From contig NC_057719.1 in the NCBI RefSeq assembly GCF_004010195.1, forward strand, positions 4,557,464-4,621,463: a stretch of 64,000 bases of DNA, written 5' to 3'. The stretch comes from Chiloscyllium plagiosum (Eukaryota). Each line of letters opens with the position of its first letter. Within the stretch, counting starts at the first letter, position 1. The notes under the pieces were generated by a model. That model made no database searches. It was given only the letters and a program-made list of their open reading frames with translations, and was not told the origin of the DNA. Position numbers and translations under genes: made by a program. Below, piece after piece: positions 11,773-24,166 of this stretch.

Positions 11773-12674
11773 GTAAGTATTTGGTGTCCAGGGAGAGACA
11801 AAATCTATCTAAAATCAGCTTCTACCATTCAGGTTCAAGTTGTACCCACACTGGAAGTCTAAACTGGATTCCCTTAGCATTAATATCTGATGCCTTTAGA
11901 GGGCATTCACATAAAAGAAATAAAATTACAAAAATCCAATAGAATACAATGTAGAGAACATTCTGAATCTGAAACTAATTTCTGAGCACAGAGAACCACT
12001 ACTGACAGAGTGAGAGAACAAGATAAACTGAAATTGCCTTAGATTGTTAAGAGATAGTGTGAATATGGTCTTGAAGATAAGGGGAACATGGGTGATAATG
12101 ATAATGGCTAGTTTGTTTTAGAACATGTGCACTTTCGTTAACTGGGTTGTAAAATAAGCTGCTGATTTCCATCTTTAATGTGCCAGTTTCACCTGCATGC
12201 AGAGTACCTAAATGAATTGAGAAACCTAGTACAGTACAGTGTGACAACCTATAAGATAGAAGAAGACGTTGACCTTACCTTAGTTGAGTGAATATTCATT
12301 TTCAGGTGTAGGAACCAGTAAACAAACCTTAACAGGATAGGGTGTTTGGGGGGGTGGGGACTGCTGTTTTGAACAGCGAATCTTCATTCCAGATTCACTG
12401 CCATGGACATGGGCAGGAGTGGAAATTTGGCTTCATTTTGGGCCCCTGTAGCAGTCATTGTTTGCAGGCGGTACAATGCAATAATATGGAATGGGAGCAG
12501 GTTAAGAACTCAATCTTTGATCTCCTCATGGGACTGTCAGGAAATACCAAAAGAAGCAAACAAGCTTGGGAAAACCAGAGGGTGAAAACAAACACTGTGA
12601 AGATTATAAGGCAGAAAAAGTAAGAGTGAGAATGAGAGGCAGAGAGAACTTACATAATTCTTGCTGTTCTGCAG

Positions 12675-12782
12675 ACAAATACAGCAGTGACTACATTGGA
12701 CTTGGAGCATGATGGAATCAACGCAGAGGGAGTGCAATATCTGATGGAAATGTTAGTCGAAAATTGTTTCATCCAGACGCTG
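12675..12782 (+). CDS. LRRC74A: LRRC74A-like exon (TNTAVTTLDLEHDGINAEGVQYLMEMLVENCFIQTL)
   Basis: ctgcag acceptor, GTAAGG donor, 108 nt, phase 0/0, RI-like LRR. Confidence 0.92.
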
Positions 12783-13080
12783 GTAAGGATCATCTTGTAT
12801 TTTTAGGAATCGCTGTGGCTGACTCAAAGTAATCACTTAGCTCCCAGTAAATAAGCCAAGAAAATTTATTGTATATTACATCATCGAAGTAAGGAGAATT
12901 TTAGGCTGTGGATTGAATATTGCTCCCAAGGTTGTGAAATTTGGTTAGTCATATTCTTACACATTTTACAACTTCCTTCTGCCCTGTCATCACAATGCTG
13001 CCGTTGGTTCCGTAAGACAGCATGCCCATGTTTACACCTTCCCATAGCCAGTTGGAAAGTGAATATATACTTTTTCATTA

Positions 13081-13182
13081 TTCCTTTATTCCTGATGAAG
13101 GGCTTTTGCCCGAAACGTCGATTTTGCCTGTCCTCGGATGCTGCCTGAATTGCTGTGCTTTTCCAGCACCACTGATCCAAAA
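13081..13182 (+). mobile_element. 102-bp PLE family A mini-insertion
   Basis: Perfect 14-bp TSD atactttttcatta (13067-13080 / 13183-13196). Confidence 0.85.
13090..13121 (+). ncRNA. Minimal type-I hammerhead ribozyme motif (PLE family A), intact core
   Basis: CUGAUGA-A-GGGC(UUUU)GCCC-GAAA-CG-UC. Confidence 0.75.
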
Positions 13183-13344
13183 ATACTTTTTCATTAGCTG
13201 ATTGTATGATCTCTCTGTTGTCCAAATTTTTCTCTGACTGACAAGTGCTGGAAGAAGGTATATGTTTATTTAATGCCCCTTTGATTTTTTTATTATTCCA
13301 GGGTGTTGCTCCATAACACTGACCTAGAAATTAATCTTTAGTTC

Positions 13345-13975
13345 CTGTGCTTCTTAAGGATTGGGCTAATCAGTTAGCAGCTTCTGTTTCTCTGGTCTTT
13401 CAGAAATCATTTGCTTTTGGAAGTTAATCACCTGTTGCAGTAGTTGCTGAGAGGGCACGACATACTGACCTGAATGATTATTGGCCAGTTGCTCTTCAGT
13501 TGATAGTCATGAAGCTTTTTAAACAGATTATATCAAAATATATTTTTGATCCTCTTGGTCTCCATATTGATTCTTTACAATTTATTCATCAACCTCACAA
13601 GTTAGTAGACATTACTGTTCTGACATTAGTCTATATGATCCTACAGCGCATGGACAGATTACGCAACAATGCTTGTGTCACAGTTGTGCATTTCACTTTT
13701 AATATCATGAAACCATTCAAGTTCATTGAGAAATTTAAGTCTTGATGTCAAACTTACTACCCACTTTGGATGTATAATTTCCTTCATAACAGAACTCAGT
13801 GGGTGTTAGTCTCTGGGGCTTACTAAGGATCATTTACATCAACATTGGATCTCTTCAGGACTGTGTGCTTTCACCTTTTGCTTTTCATCATCTATACTAA
13901 TAATTGCTGATCAAAGCATGATGACGTAATGATCCTGAAGTATGCCAATGAGATGTTACTTGTAGGTAATTTGGT
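13345..13975 (+). mobile_element. Highly degenerate Rex1/Babar-like RT fragment
   Basis: LNDYWPVAL..IVMKLFKQII, DSLQF, GSLQDCVLSP, ILKYANE (FADD-equivalent). Confidence 0.65.
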
Positions 13976-14182
13976 CATCAATCATTTATTAATGAGTCTG
14001 ATTGTCCACCTAGGAAATCCCATGTCACTGGTCATGGATCCTGTGTATCCTTGTGTGGCTGATGAGCTTGATCCTAGAGTCACAGCTCCAACCGTACATA
14101 TGGCAAGTATTTCCTGGGGTGGAATTAGTTATTGGCCATGATATCCTTTGTCTGGTTCTTTTTTCGTATATCTTCTTAATGA

Positions 14183-14339
14183 TGATTTGGAGATGCCGGT
14201 GTTGGACTGGGGTGTACAAAGTTAAAAATCACACAACACCTGGTTATTGTCCAACAGGTTTAATTGGAAGCACACTAGCTTTCGGAGCGACGCTCCTTCA
14301 TCAGGTGATTGTGGAGGGCTTGATCATAACACAGGTTAC
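14183..14339 (-). mobile_element. PLE family B terminal-repeat insertion into the RTE
   Basis: Terminal repeat as at 8718; TSD cttcttaatga (14172-14182 / 14340-14350). Confidence 0.8.
14273..14307 (-). ncRNA. Minimal hammerhead motif (PLE family B), intact core
   Basis: rc CAC-CUGAUGA-A-GGAGC(GUC)GCUCC-GAAA-GC-UA-GUG. Confidence 0.75.
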
Positions 14340-14747
14340 CTTCTTAATGACGGTATTGTGGAAGAATTGTTTCCCTTCATACTAAAGTTTCTTCCAAATC
14401 TGTTTCTTCTGAATGAAGGTCTCCCATGTGTTGACATCTATGTTACATTTCTTGAGGAAAGCCTTCAGGGAGTCTTTGAAATGCTTTCTTTATCCTCTTT
14501 TCATTTGAGTGCCTTTCTTGAGTTTTGCTTTAGCAATGTAAACTCATGCAGCCTAAGCACGTGGCTGGCCCAATGGAGTTGATTTCGGATGATTACACCT
14601 TGATGCTCTTGCCATTAGCTGCTTCAGAGATGCTGATGTTAGTCCCCACAGCTGATACGGAGAATCTGCCACGAACAGCATTGATGGTACTTCTCAAGGT
14701 GGCTCACTTGAGGTGGCTTCTATATGTCCAGGTTGTTCAATTTTGTT

Positions 14748-14934
14748 AATGCGAATTCTCTATAAAGCGATTGACGAATTGGGGATACTGTTTCTAAAGC
14801 ACGATATTTTAAAATGTGTGTTGGCTGTATTGCAATTACATCGCCAACACTTTAAACGCTCTATCTAAAGCACGATTTTTCTGTAATGCGGGGTTGCACA
14901 AGAATACAACCATCATGTTATAGAACTACCTGTA
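14748..14934. mobile_element. Probable Tc1/mariner(pogo)-type MITE fragment inside the RTE
   Basis: Ends in ...ttatagaactacctg-TA; internal repeated ctaaagcacgat; interrupts RTE coding sequence; other TIR not seen. Confidence 0.45.
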
Positions 14935-17900
14935 GTCTAAGCTTCAAAGCCATATAGAAGAGTAAGAAGGAGATTTCCTTACACACAAGGACCCTGGTAT
15001 CAGAATAGGCGTCACGATCATTAGAGACTCTGATTTTTTAGGCTTCTGAAGGCAGCTCTCACAGATTGAATGCAATGTTGAATCACCATATTAGATAGCC
15101 TGGGTAGCTTCACAGGTAGAGGAAATCTTCCATTATTGGGAGGATTTCTCCATCGAACTTAATGGAGGGATGGACCAAAACTTTACCTGGGGCTGATTGG
15201 TAAAGGATTTGAGCTTTCTTGAGGTCGAGGTTGAGACCAATTCTTCAGTATGCTTCCGTGAAAACATTAAATGAGGCTTGAAGATTCTCCTCTGAGAGAA
15301 CAGAGATGATATTGTCATCCGCATACTGAAGTTCCATGTGCCAGGTCAATATTGTTTTGTTTTTGGATTTCAACTGGTTGAGGCGGAAAAGTTTTCTGAC
15401 CTCACCACTGAGAAGTGTGTTCTTGACAAGATGAAAAATGGTCGTGCCGGGAGATGGAGAAAATGGTGAAAATGATGTTACATCTTTGCTTGAGCACTGT
15501 CTTGACCTCAAAGGATTCTATCATATTACTACCAGTGAGAACTGTTGCCAACATCTTGTCACAGACAGAGACGGAATTTCACTGGACAGCCTCTGTCAGA
15601 TCGATGAAGGTCATTTAGAGTGGTGAGTGTTGCTTCTGAAATTTCTCTTCGAGTTTTTGAGTTCCACAGTTTGGTCAGAAGCCACACTGGCTTTCAGGAA
15701 GGATTTTCTCAGAGACATGGAGAAGGCATCGAGCAAGGATTCCTGGCAATGAAGACCAGTGAGTAGGGAGTAGGGAGATTCCTCTGTAGTTCCCACCGTC
15801 CACTTTGTCTCCTTTCTTGAAAATAGTGGTGATAATAGCATCCTTGAGATCAGCAGGGATTTCTTCTTTGTCCCAGATTTTCAGGAACAGTTGATGGAGA
15901 TGACAGGTAAGCTCTGCTCCTCCAAGTTTGAAAATCTCTGCTGGAATCCCATCTCCTCCTGCAGCTTTTTCATTCTTCATGTGTCTAATGATGGCTTCAA
16001 ATTCTGCCACATTAGGTGGGAGTGCAAGATAATCTTGTAATGGGGAGTTGGTGGAATTTCTTCAAACATGTCTTTGTTGATGATTGTCTTGCAGTTTAGG
16101 AGTTCTTTGAAATGTTTTCTGAAACTGATGCTTTCTCTGTTTCTCATAAGGGCGCTATCTTTACTCCGCACCAATTTGAGGCTAAGGGTGTTGGGTCCGT
16201 ATATTTCCTTGTGGTAATGAAGAAACCCTGGATGTCCTGCTTGTCAGCAAGAAGTTGCAACTCCTTAGCTTTCTCGGTTCACCGTTGGTTCTTGATTTCT
16301 CTTGCTTTTCTAACTCTGCTGTTGCTGTTTGATGAGTTCTCCTCTTTGCCTCACTGATGATGTTGTTTTGTTGGATATAGAGAACTTTCATTTTCTTGCT
16401 TATGCGATCTTTGATGATGCAGTCATTAGTGTTTTCTGAACTTGTACATGATGGATTTTTCACAGCATAAGACAATGGTTGTCTTCAGCTCTTTCACAGA
16501 TTTCCTCTACTCTACTAAAGTGAGCCATTTGGAGATTTTGGTGTTGACATTATTAGAAGTCCACTGGTCTGCTTGACTCTTGAAGTCGCTCATCATTAAG
16601 CGTTCTACTGAACTGTTTCTTCAACCTCAGCCGCTTCTGGTGATATTTGATGAACATTGAGGAGCAGATGAGCTAGTGGTCTGTCTAGCACTTGTCTGCA
16701 CTGATCATTGCTTTGATTTTTTTTGATGGAACAGTGATGAGCAGTATTCTATATATTTGGTGAGCAGGAGAATCTTGTTGGAGTTGCAATTCCTAACTTC
16801 TTTCTTTCTGATCGTTTCTTTCCAGACTTGGTTGCCCTTTCCAACCCTGGTGTTGAAGTCCCCAAGGATGATATTGATATCCTTCTTAGAGATGTTCATA
16901 GGTGTTTAGAGTGGAGTAGAAGACTCATTTGAGCATCAAGATTTGGACCATAGGCACTCATAACCGCTGCTTGCTATTTCTTGGCAGGTTGCAGACAGAG
17001 AGTCAAGAGGTGATCGTCAATGCAAACTGTGAGCTCAGAGTGTCAGTTGATTAATCCAAATCCATGTACCCTGGGCTAATACTTGGGTTTTCCTCACCAC
17101 CTCCTTCCCTCAGCTGCCCTTCACCTGCTCTTCAAGTCTCCCTCAGAGCAACAATATCAATGTTGAATTGCCTGAGTTCCCGGGCAACAAAGGCAGCTGT
17201 TCATTTTGAATGATTGCTTTGCTCCTCGTCCATGTAGGTTTATATATTCCAGGTTTTGAGATTGAGATTCCCTTTGGATTTCAGGCCACAGGTAGATGAG
17301 TTTGCTGCACGCTGTTTTCAAGCCAGGTTGGTGATGGAACAAACTATTTTTAAGGGCACATTTTCTAGTTCCTTCTGTGTAGAGCAAGCAGAGTGGAGAG
17401 GGCTGCTCAGTCATGACGAAAACTGCCAAAATGCTCTCCTGTTCCTATTCCAAGAATGAAATGATTGAGTCAAACTCCATCGCCTACATGCCAGTCCGAA
17501 GCTCGGGACATCTCGATCTAACAATCCTGTCCCTATCATCTCTTACACAATTATACAACCACAGAAAATGAAAATATTTTTGAGTAGATTGTCAGAATCA
17601 TAAACTCTTCTCTACCAAAAGCCATCCTTTTGGAAAGTACTACTGTCTTAGGGAGGTATGGTACAGAAATTATTAAACTGCGCAGGACGGATATGTAATG
17701 AGTAGATCTTTTGAGACCTGTACTGAAGAATTTTAATGAAATTAGAGTATCATGAACAATGAAAATCACTCCTTGTCTCAATATTTTCTTGGATGCATTC
17801 AGGGAAAGGGATTCAATCATGCAGATGCAGGACAAATCAGTTCTGAACACATTTGTGTCATTCTCAAAAAGAAATTTTAAGAATTTAGTAAATGAATAAA

Positions 17901-18156
17901 GATTTGTACTCATTCTGGGACCCAATGGCTAATTATTTTAATGCATTGCAACCATACCGAAACATTTTTATTAAAACTAGTTAAACTTGCCTGATAGGGT
18001 AAATTCCAAATTTGTACTTCTTATTATTCATTTATATATAATATTTTAATGGATGAGCAATGTACTCAAAATGAATTCTCATATGGACAATAAAGAAAAT
18101 AGAATTGAATTTAGACTTCAGGTCAATATGGAAGGTTGCCAACTGGAGGACCTCAC

Positions 18157-19353
18157 CTACAGTCTATATCTTCCATATCCTTTTCCACAGTAAATATTGA
18201 TGCAAAATACTCATTTAGTATCTCCCCCGTTTTCTGTGGCCCCACACAAAGGCCGCCTTGCTGATCTTTGAGGGACCCTTTTTCTCTCCCTTCTTACCCT
18301 TTTGTCTTTCATGTATTTGTAAAAACCCTTTGGATTCTCCTTAATTCTATTTGCCAAAGCTATCTCATGCCCCCTTTTTGCCCTCCTGATTTCCCTCCTA
18401 CGTATACTCCTACTGCCTTTATACTCTAAGGATTCACTCGATCTATCCTGTCTATACCTTACATATGCTTCTTTCTTTTTCTTAACCAAACCCTCAATTT
18501 CTTTAGTCATCCAGCATTCCCTATACCTATCAGCCTTTCCTTTCAAGCTGACAGGAATATACTTTCTCTGGATTCTCGTTATCACATTTCTGAAGGCTTT
18601 CCATTTTCCAGCCGTCCCTTTACCTGGGAACATCTGTCCCCAATCAGCTTTCGAAAGTTCTTGCCTAATACTGTCAAAATGGGCAATTTACAACTTCAAC
18701 TTTTAGATCTGGTCTATCCTTCTCATCACTATTTTAAATCTAATAGAATTATGGTCACTGGCCCCAAAATGCTCCCCAACTGACAACTCAGTCACAAGCC
18801 CTGCCTTATTTCCCAAGAGTAGGTCAAGTTTTGCACCTTCTCTAGTAGGTACATCCACATACTGAATCAGAAAGTTTTCTTGTACGCACTTAACAAATTC
18901 CTCTCCATCTAAACCTTTAACACTATGGCGGTCCCAGTCTATGTTTGGAAAGTTAAAATCCCCTACCATAACCACCCTATTATTCTTACAGATAGCTGAG
19001 ATCTCCTTACAAGTTTGTTTCTCAATTTCCCTCTGACTATTAAGGGGTCTATAATACAATCCCAATTAGGTAATCATCCCTTTCTTATTTCTCAGTTCAA
19101 CCCAAAACACTTCCCTGGATGTATTTCTGGGTATATCCTCCTTCAGCACTGTTGTAATACTACCCCTTATAAAAAATGCCACTCCCCCTCCTCTCTTGCC
19201 TCTCTTTCTATCCTTCCTGTAGCATTTGTATCCTGGAACATTAAGCTGCCAATCCCGCCCATCCCTGAGCCATGTTTCTGTAATTGCTATGACATCCCAG
19301 TCCCATGTTCCTAACCATGCCCTGAGTTCATCTGCCTTCCCTGTTAGGCCCCC
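18157..19353 (-). mobile_element. CR1 ORF2 endonuclease/tether fragment
   Basis: WDWDVIAITETWL, YYRPLNS, GDFNFPNIDW; homologous to about 50100-51280. Confidence 0.92.
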
Positions 19354-19940
19354 TTGCAAAATGTCCAGATGACAGAGGAGGAAGTGCTGGATGCCTTGAA
19401 ATGGGTAAAGGTGGATAAATCCCCAGGACCTGATCAGGTGTACCCAAGAACTCTATGGGAAGCTAGAGAAGTGATTGCTGGGCCTCTTGCTGAGATATTT
19501 GTATCATCAATAGTCACAGATGAGGTGCCGGAAGACTGGAGTGTTGGAGACTGAGGGATGATCTTATAGAGGTTTACAAAATTATGAGGGGCATGGATAG
19601 GATAAATCGGCAAAGTCTTTTCCCTGGGGTCGGGGAGTCCAGAACTAGAGGCCATAGGTTTAGGGTGAGAGGGGAAAGATATGAAAGAGACCTAAGGGGC
19701 ATCTTTTTCACACAGAGGGTGGTACGGATATGGAATAAGCTGCCAGAGGAAGTGGGGGAGCCTGGCACAATTGCAACATTTAAGAGGCATTTGGATAGGT
19801 ATATGAATAGAAAGGATTTGGAGGGATATGGGCCGGGTGCTGGCAGGTGGGACTAGACTGGGTTGGGATATCTGGTCGGCATGGACAGATTGGACCGAAG
19901 GGTCTGTTTCCATGCTGTACATCTCTATGACTGTATGACT
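19354..19940 (+). mobile_element. CR1 3' fragment with ~1 kb internal deletion
   Basis: KSPGPDQVYPRTLWEA fused to RGMDRINRQSLFP...; tail ctatgact. Confidence 0.9.
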
Positions 19941-19999
19941 GTAAGTGAAGGCACACATCACAAGTGAGGTTTGACTGAATGTTGCTTTTTAAGTTAAAT

Positions 20000-20310
20000 A
20001 GAGTCATAGAGGTGTACAGCATGGAAACAGGCCCTTCAGTCCAAATCATCCATTCCGACCAGATATCCTAAATTAATCTAGTCCCATTTGTCAGCACTTG
20101 GTCTATATCCCTTTAAACCTTTCCTATTCATGTACCCATCCAGATACCTTTCAAATGTTGTTATTGTACCACTTCTTCAGGTAGCTCATTCCATACACAC
20201 CACCCTCTGTGTGAAAAAGTTGCCCCTTAGCTCCCTTTTAAATCTTTCCCCTCTCACCCTAAACCTATGCCCTCTAGTTCTGGTCTCCTTCAACGCAGAG
20301 AAAAGATCTT
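20000..20310 (-). mobile_element. CR1 3' end
   Basis: rc RTRGHRFRVRGERFKRELRGNFFTQRV and 3' tail. Confidence 0.85.
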
Positions 20311-20668
20311 CTTTGGTGTTTCCTCCGGTGTTTATAGTGGTCTGTCCCTGCCGCTTCCGGTTGTCAGTTTCAACTGTCCGCTGTAGTGGTTGGTTTATTG
20401 GGTCCAGGTCGATGTGTTTGTTGATGGTGTTTGTGGATGAATGCCATGCCTCTAGGAATTTCCTGGCTGTTCTCTGTCTGGCTTGCCCTATAATGGTAGT
20501 GTTGTCCCAGTCGAATTCATGTTGCTTGTTGTCTGCGTGTGTGGCTACTAAGGATAGCTGGTCGTGTCGTTTCGTGGCTAGTTGATGTTCATGTATGCGA
20601 TTGTTAGCTGTCTTCCTGTTTGTCCTGTATAGTGTTTTGTGCAGTCCTTGCATGGTATTTTGTACACT
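20311..20668 (-). mobile_element. PLE family C GIY-YIG fragment
   Basis: RIHEHQLATKRHDQLSLVATH...FDWDNTTII...RKFLEAWHS. Confidence 0.85.
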
Positions 20669-21774
20669 AATATGAGAAGTTAGCTAGAAATATTCAAGTC
20701 TAGGTAACAAGGGCATGGTTGAGAGTTTCAGTAAGTGTGCTGTTATAAATACTGATAATATTTAACACCTAATTGTCTCTTTTGTTCATGTTAGGCCAAA
20801 GTTAGTTCAAGTCACAGTATGTTGTAATTAGATATGCACTGGATAGATTTTACATGCCTTGTGATCAATATTCATATGATAAATACCTGGAGCAAATGGA
20901 CTAATTGTATACTTTTACATTTAGTTATTTTTACTCAAATACTAAACTGATTGTATAAATTAAAATGAAGTAAATGACAAGAACATAATGGGACTCCTTT
21001 AAGAGTCAAGCATTTAAAACAAGTATGTCAAATGCCCTTTCTCAACCTTTAAAAAGCAACAGAAACACACCAGAATATAAGGTAAAAAAGGTCAATTTAA
21101 GACTGATTTATAGATTCATAGAAATATACAGCATGGAAACAGACCCTTCAGTCCAACACATCTATGCCAACGAGAGATCTTAAACTAATCTAGTCCCATT
21201 TGCCAGCACTTGGCCCATATCCCCCTAAACCTTTTCTATTCATATACTCATCCAAATGCCTTTTAAATGTACCAGCCACCACCACTTCCACTAGTAGCTC
21301 ATTCCATACACGCACCACTCTCTGGGTGAAAAAGTTGCCCCTTAGCTCCCTTTTAAATCTTTCCCCTCTCACCCTAAACCTATGCCCTCTAGTTCTGGTC
21401 TCCTTCAACGCAGAGAAAAGATCTTGTACTTACCCTACCCATATTCCTCATGATTTTATAAACCTCTATAAGGTCACCCCTCAGGCTTCATTGCTCCAGG
21501 GAAAACTGAACCCTTTCAAGTTTCATAACATTCTTTCTATAGCAGGGAAACCAATATTCTAAAAGTGGTCTAACTCATGTCCTGTACAGCCGCAACATGA
21601 CCTCCCAACTCCTGTACTCAATACTCTGACCAATAAAGGAAAGCATACCAAATGCCTTCTTCACTATCCTATCTACCTGTGACTCTATTTCAAGGAGCTA
21701 TGAACCTGCACTCCAATGTCTTTTTGTTCAGCAATACTCCCCAGGACCTTACCATTAAGTATATAAGTTGTGGA

Positions 21775-22085
21775 GTGGCATGGTAGCTCAGTGGTTAGCA
21801 TTGCTGCCTCACAGCACCAAGGACCTAGGTTCGACTCCCACCTGGGGTGACTGTCCGAGTGGAGTTTGCACATTTGCCCCGTGTTTGTGCTGGCTTCCTC
21901 CCACAATCCAAAGATGTGCAAGTCAGGTAAATTGGCCATGCTAAATTGCCCATTGTGTTAGGTGCATTAGTCAGAGGTAAATATAGGGTAGGTGAGTGAG
22001 TCTGGGTAGGTTACTCTTCGAAGGGTCAGTGTTGGGTCGAAGGGCTTGTTTCCATACTGTAGGGAATCTAATCTATAATCTAAAA
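21775..22085 (+). mobile_element. HE1-type tRNA-derived SINE
   Basis: A box tggtagctcagtggttag, B box ggttcgactcc, ggagtttgcac body, CR1-like tail aatcta. Confidence 0.85.
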
Positions 22086-22306
22086 AGTCCTGCTCTGATT
22101 TGCTGTTCCAAAATGCAGCACCTCACATTTAAACTCCATTGGCCCATCTGATCAAGATCCTGTTGTACTCTGAGGTAACCTTCTTCGCTGTCCACTACAC
22201 CTCCAATTTTGGTGTCATCTGCAAACTTACTTACATTACCTCCTATTTTCCACATCCAAATGATTTATATAAATGACGAAAAGCAGCTGGTTTAGCACCG
22301 GTCCTT

Positions 22307-22560
22307 GTGGCACAATGGTTAGCACTGCTGCCTCACAGCGCCAGGGTCTCAGGTTCGATTCCAGCCTCGGGCGACTGTCTGTGTGAAGTTTGCACATTCC
22401 CCTCGTGTCTGTGCGGATTTCCTCCAGGTGCTCCGGTTTCCTCGCACAGTCCAAAGACGTGCAGGTCTGGATGGGTTACTCTTCGGAGAGTCGGTGTGGA
22501 CTGGTTGGGCCAAAGGGCATATTCCCACACTGTAGGGAATCTAATCCAAAAATTCTAATC
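22307..22560 (+). mobile_element. HE1-type SINE (internally deleted)
   Basis: tggttagcactgctgcctcacagcgccagg...ggttcgattcc. Confidence 0.85.
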
Positions 22561-23790
22561 ACTTGTCATAGGCCACCAGTCTGAAAAGCAACCCTCCACC
22601 ACCAACTTCTACCTGCGAGGCAGTTCTGTATCCAAAGAGCTAGCTAGAGTCATAGTCATGTAGTGCCATGGCATGGAGACAGGCCATTTGGCCCAAACTA
22701 GTCCATGTTGACCAAAATGTCTATCCACACTAACCCCATTTCCCTGCACTTGACCTGTATCCTTCTACTCTTTTCTTATCCATGTATTTGTCCAAATGCC
22801 TTTTAAATGTTGTTAATGTATCCGCCTAACCACTTTCACTGGTAGTTCATTCCTTATGTGTACCACTCTCTGTGTAAAAAGGTTGCCCCTCAGCTTCCCT
22901 TTTATACTTTCCCCTCTAACCTTAAACTGATGCCCTCTAGTCCTCAATTCCCCAATCCTGGGTAAAAGACTGAATTCATTCACCCTATCCCCATGATCTT
23001 ACACACCTCTGTAAGGTCCCCCCTTAGTCTCTTATGCTTTTAAGAAGGAAAAGAGTCTTAGCTTGTCCAACCTTTCTTTACAACTCAGACCCTTGGGTCC
23101 TGGTAACATCCTAGTTCTCCCTGTATTCCATGTGATTTAACCTTGCTAACCAGTCTACCACGAGGAACCTTGTCAAACGCCTCAGTGAAGTTCATATAGA
23201 TCATGTCCACTACTCTGCCCTCATCAATCCCCTTCGTTACTTCTTCAAAAAACTCAATCAAATTAGTGAGACTTGATTTCCCATGGACAAAGGTACATTG
23301 ACTATCCCTAAACAGTCCTTGCCTATCCAAATAAATGTAAATCCTGTCCAACAATTTGCCCATCACTGATGTCAGGCTCACTAATCTATGGCCCTCTGGC
23401 TTTTCCTTACCACCTTTCTTAAATAGTGGTGCCACGTTAGACCTCCAGTCTTCCGGCACCTCACCTGTGACTATCGATGATACAAATATCTCAGCAAGGG
23501 GCCCAGCAATCACTTCCCTAGCTTCCCACAGAAGTCTAGGATACCCTGATCAGATCCTGTGGATTTATCCTGGGTATACATGCATTTTAAGATATCCAGC
23601 ACTTCCTCCTCTGTAATATGGACATTTTTCAAGATGTCACCATCTATGTCTCCACATTCTGAATCTTCATGTCCTTCCCCACAGTAACCACTGATGCAAA
23701 ATATTCGTTTGGTATCCACCTCCTGCAGTTCAACACATAGGCTGACTTGCTGATCTTTGAGGGGTCTTATTTTCTCCCTAGTTACCCATT

Positions 23791-24166
23791 TGTTGTTGTG
23801 GTTCTGTTCGCTGAGCTGGAAGTTTTTGTTGCAAACGTTTCGTCCCCTGGCTAGGCGACATCATCAGTGCTTGGGAGCCTCCTGCGAAGCGCTTCTTTGA
23901 TGTTTCCTCCGGTGTTTATAGTGGTCTGTCCCTGCCGCTTCCGATTGTCAGTTTCAGCTGTCCGCTGTAGTGATTGGTATATTGGGTCCAGGTCGATGTG
24001 TTTGTTGATGGAGTTTGTGGATGAATGCCATGCCTCTAGGAATTCCCTGGCTGTTCTCTGTCTGGCTTGCCCTATGATAGTAGTGTTGTCCCAGTCGAAT
24101 TCATGTTGCTTGTTGTCTGCGTGTGTGGCTACTAAGGATAGCTGGTCGTGTCGTTTCGTGGCTAGT
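23791..24166 (-). mobile_element. PLE family C 3' end (GIY-YIG C-terminus and terminal repeat)
   Basis: Homologous to 20311-20585 plus terminal repeat carrying a hammerhead. Confidence 0.85.
23831..23870 (-). ncRNA. Minimal hammerhead motif (PLE family C), intact core
   Basis: rc GCA-CUGAUGA-U-GUCGCC(UAGCCA)GGGGAC-GAAA-CG-UU-UGC. Confidence 0.75.

Larger units (their letters stand above)
13980..17520 (-). mobile_element. Degenerate, near full-length RTE-clade LINE
   Basis: ILGDFNTRVG (APE), KAAGGDGIPAEIFK, IFKKGDK..GNYRGISLL, ILPESQCGF, ELQYADD on the - strand. Confidence 0.85.
21110..23790 (-). mobile_element. CR1 ORF2 RT region and 3' end, with nested HE1 SINEs and a nested CR1 3' fragment (about 22645-23110)
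   Basis: LTNLIEFFEEVTK.IDEGR, FDKVP, SKFADDTKIGG on the - strand. Confidence 0.88.

Noticed and set aside
17300..17540. Possible HDV-like ribozyme at the RTE 5' end (- strand)
   Set aside because: Only partial pairings found (gggaca/tgtccc, agagca/tgctct); I could not build the nested double pseudoknot by eye. A descriptor search is needed.
21775..21850. tRNA gene-like A and B boxes (also at 22307, 26255, 32054 and 59388)
   Set aside because: These are heads of HE1-type SINEs continuing into the SINE body and tail, not stand-alone tRNAs
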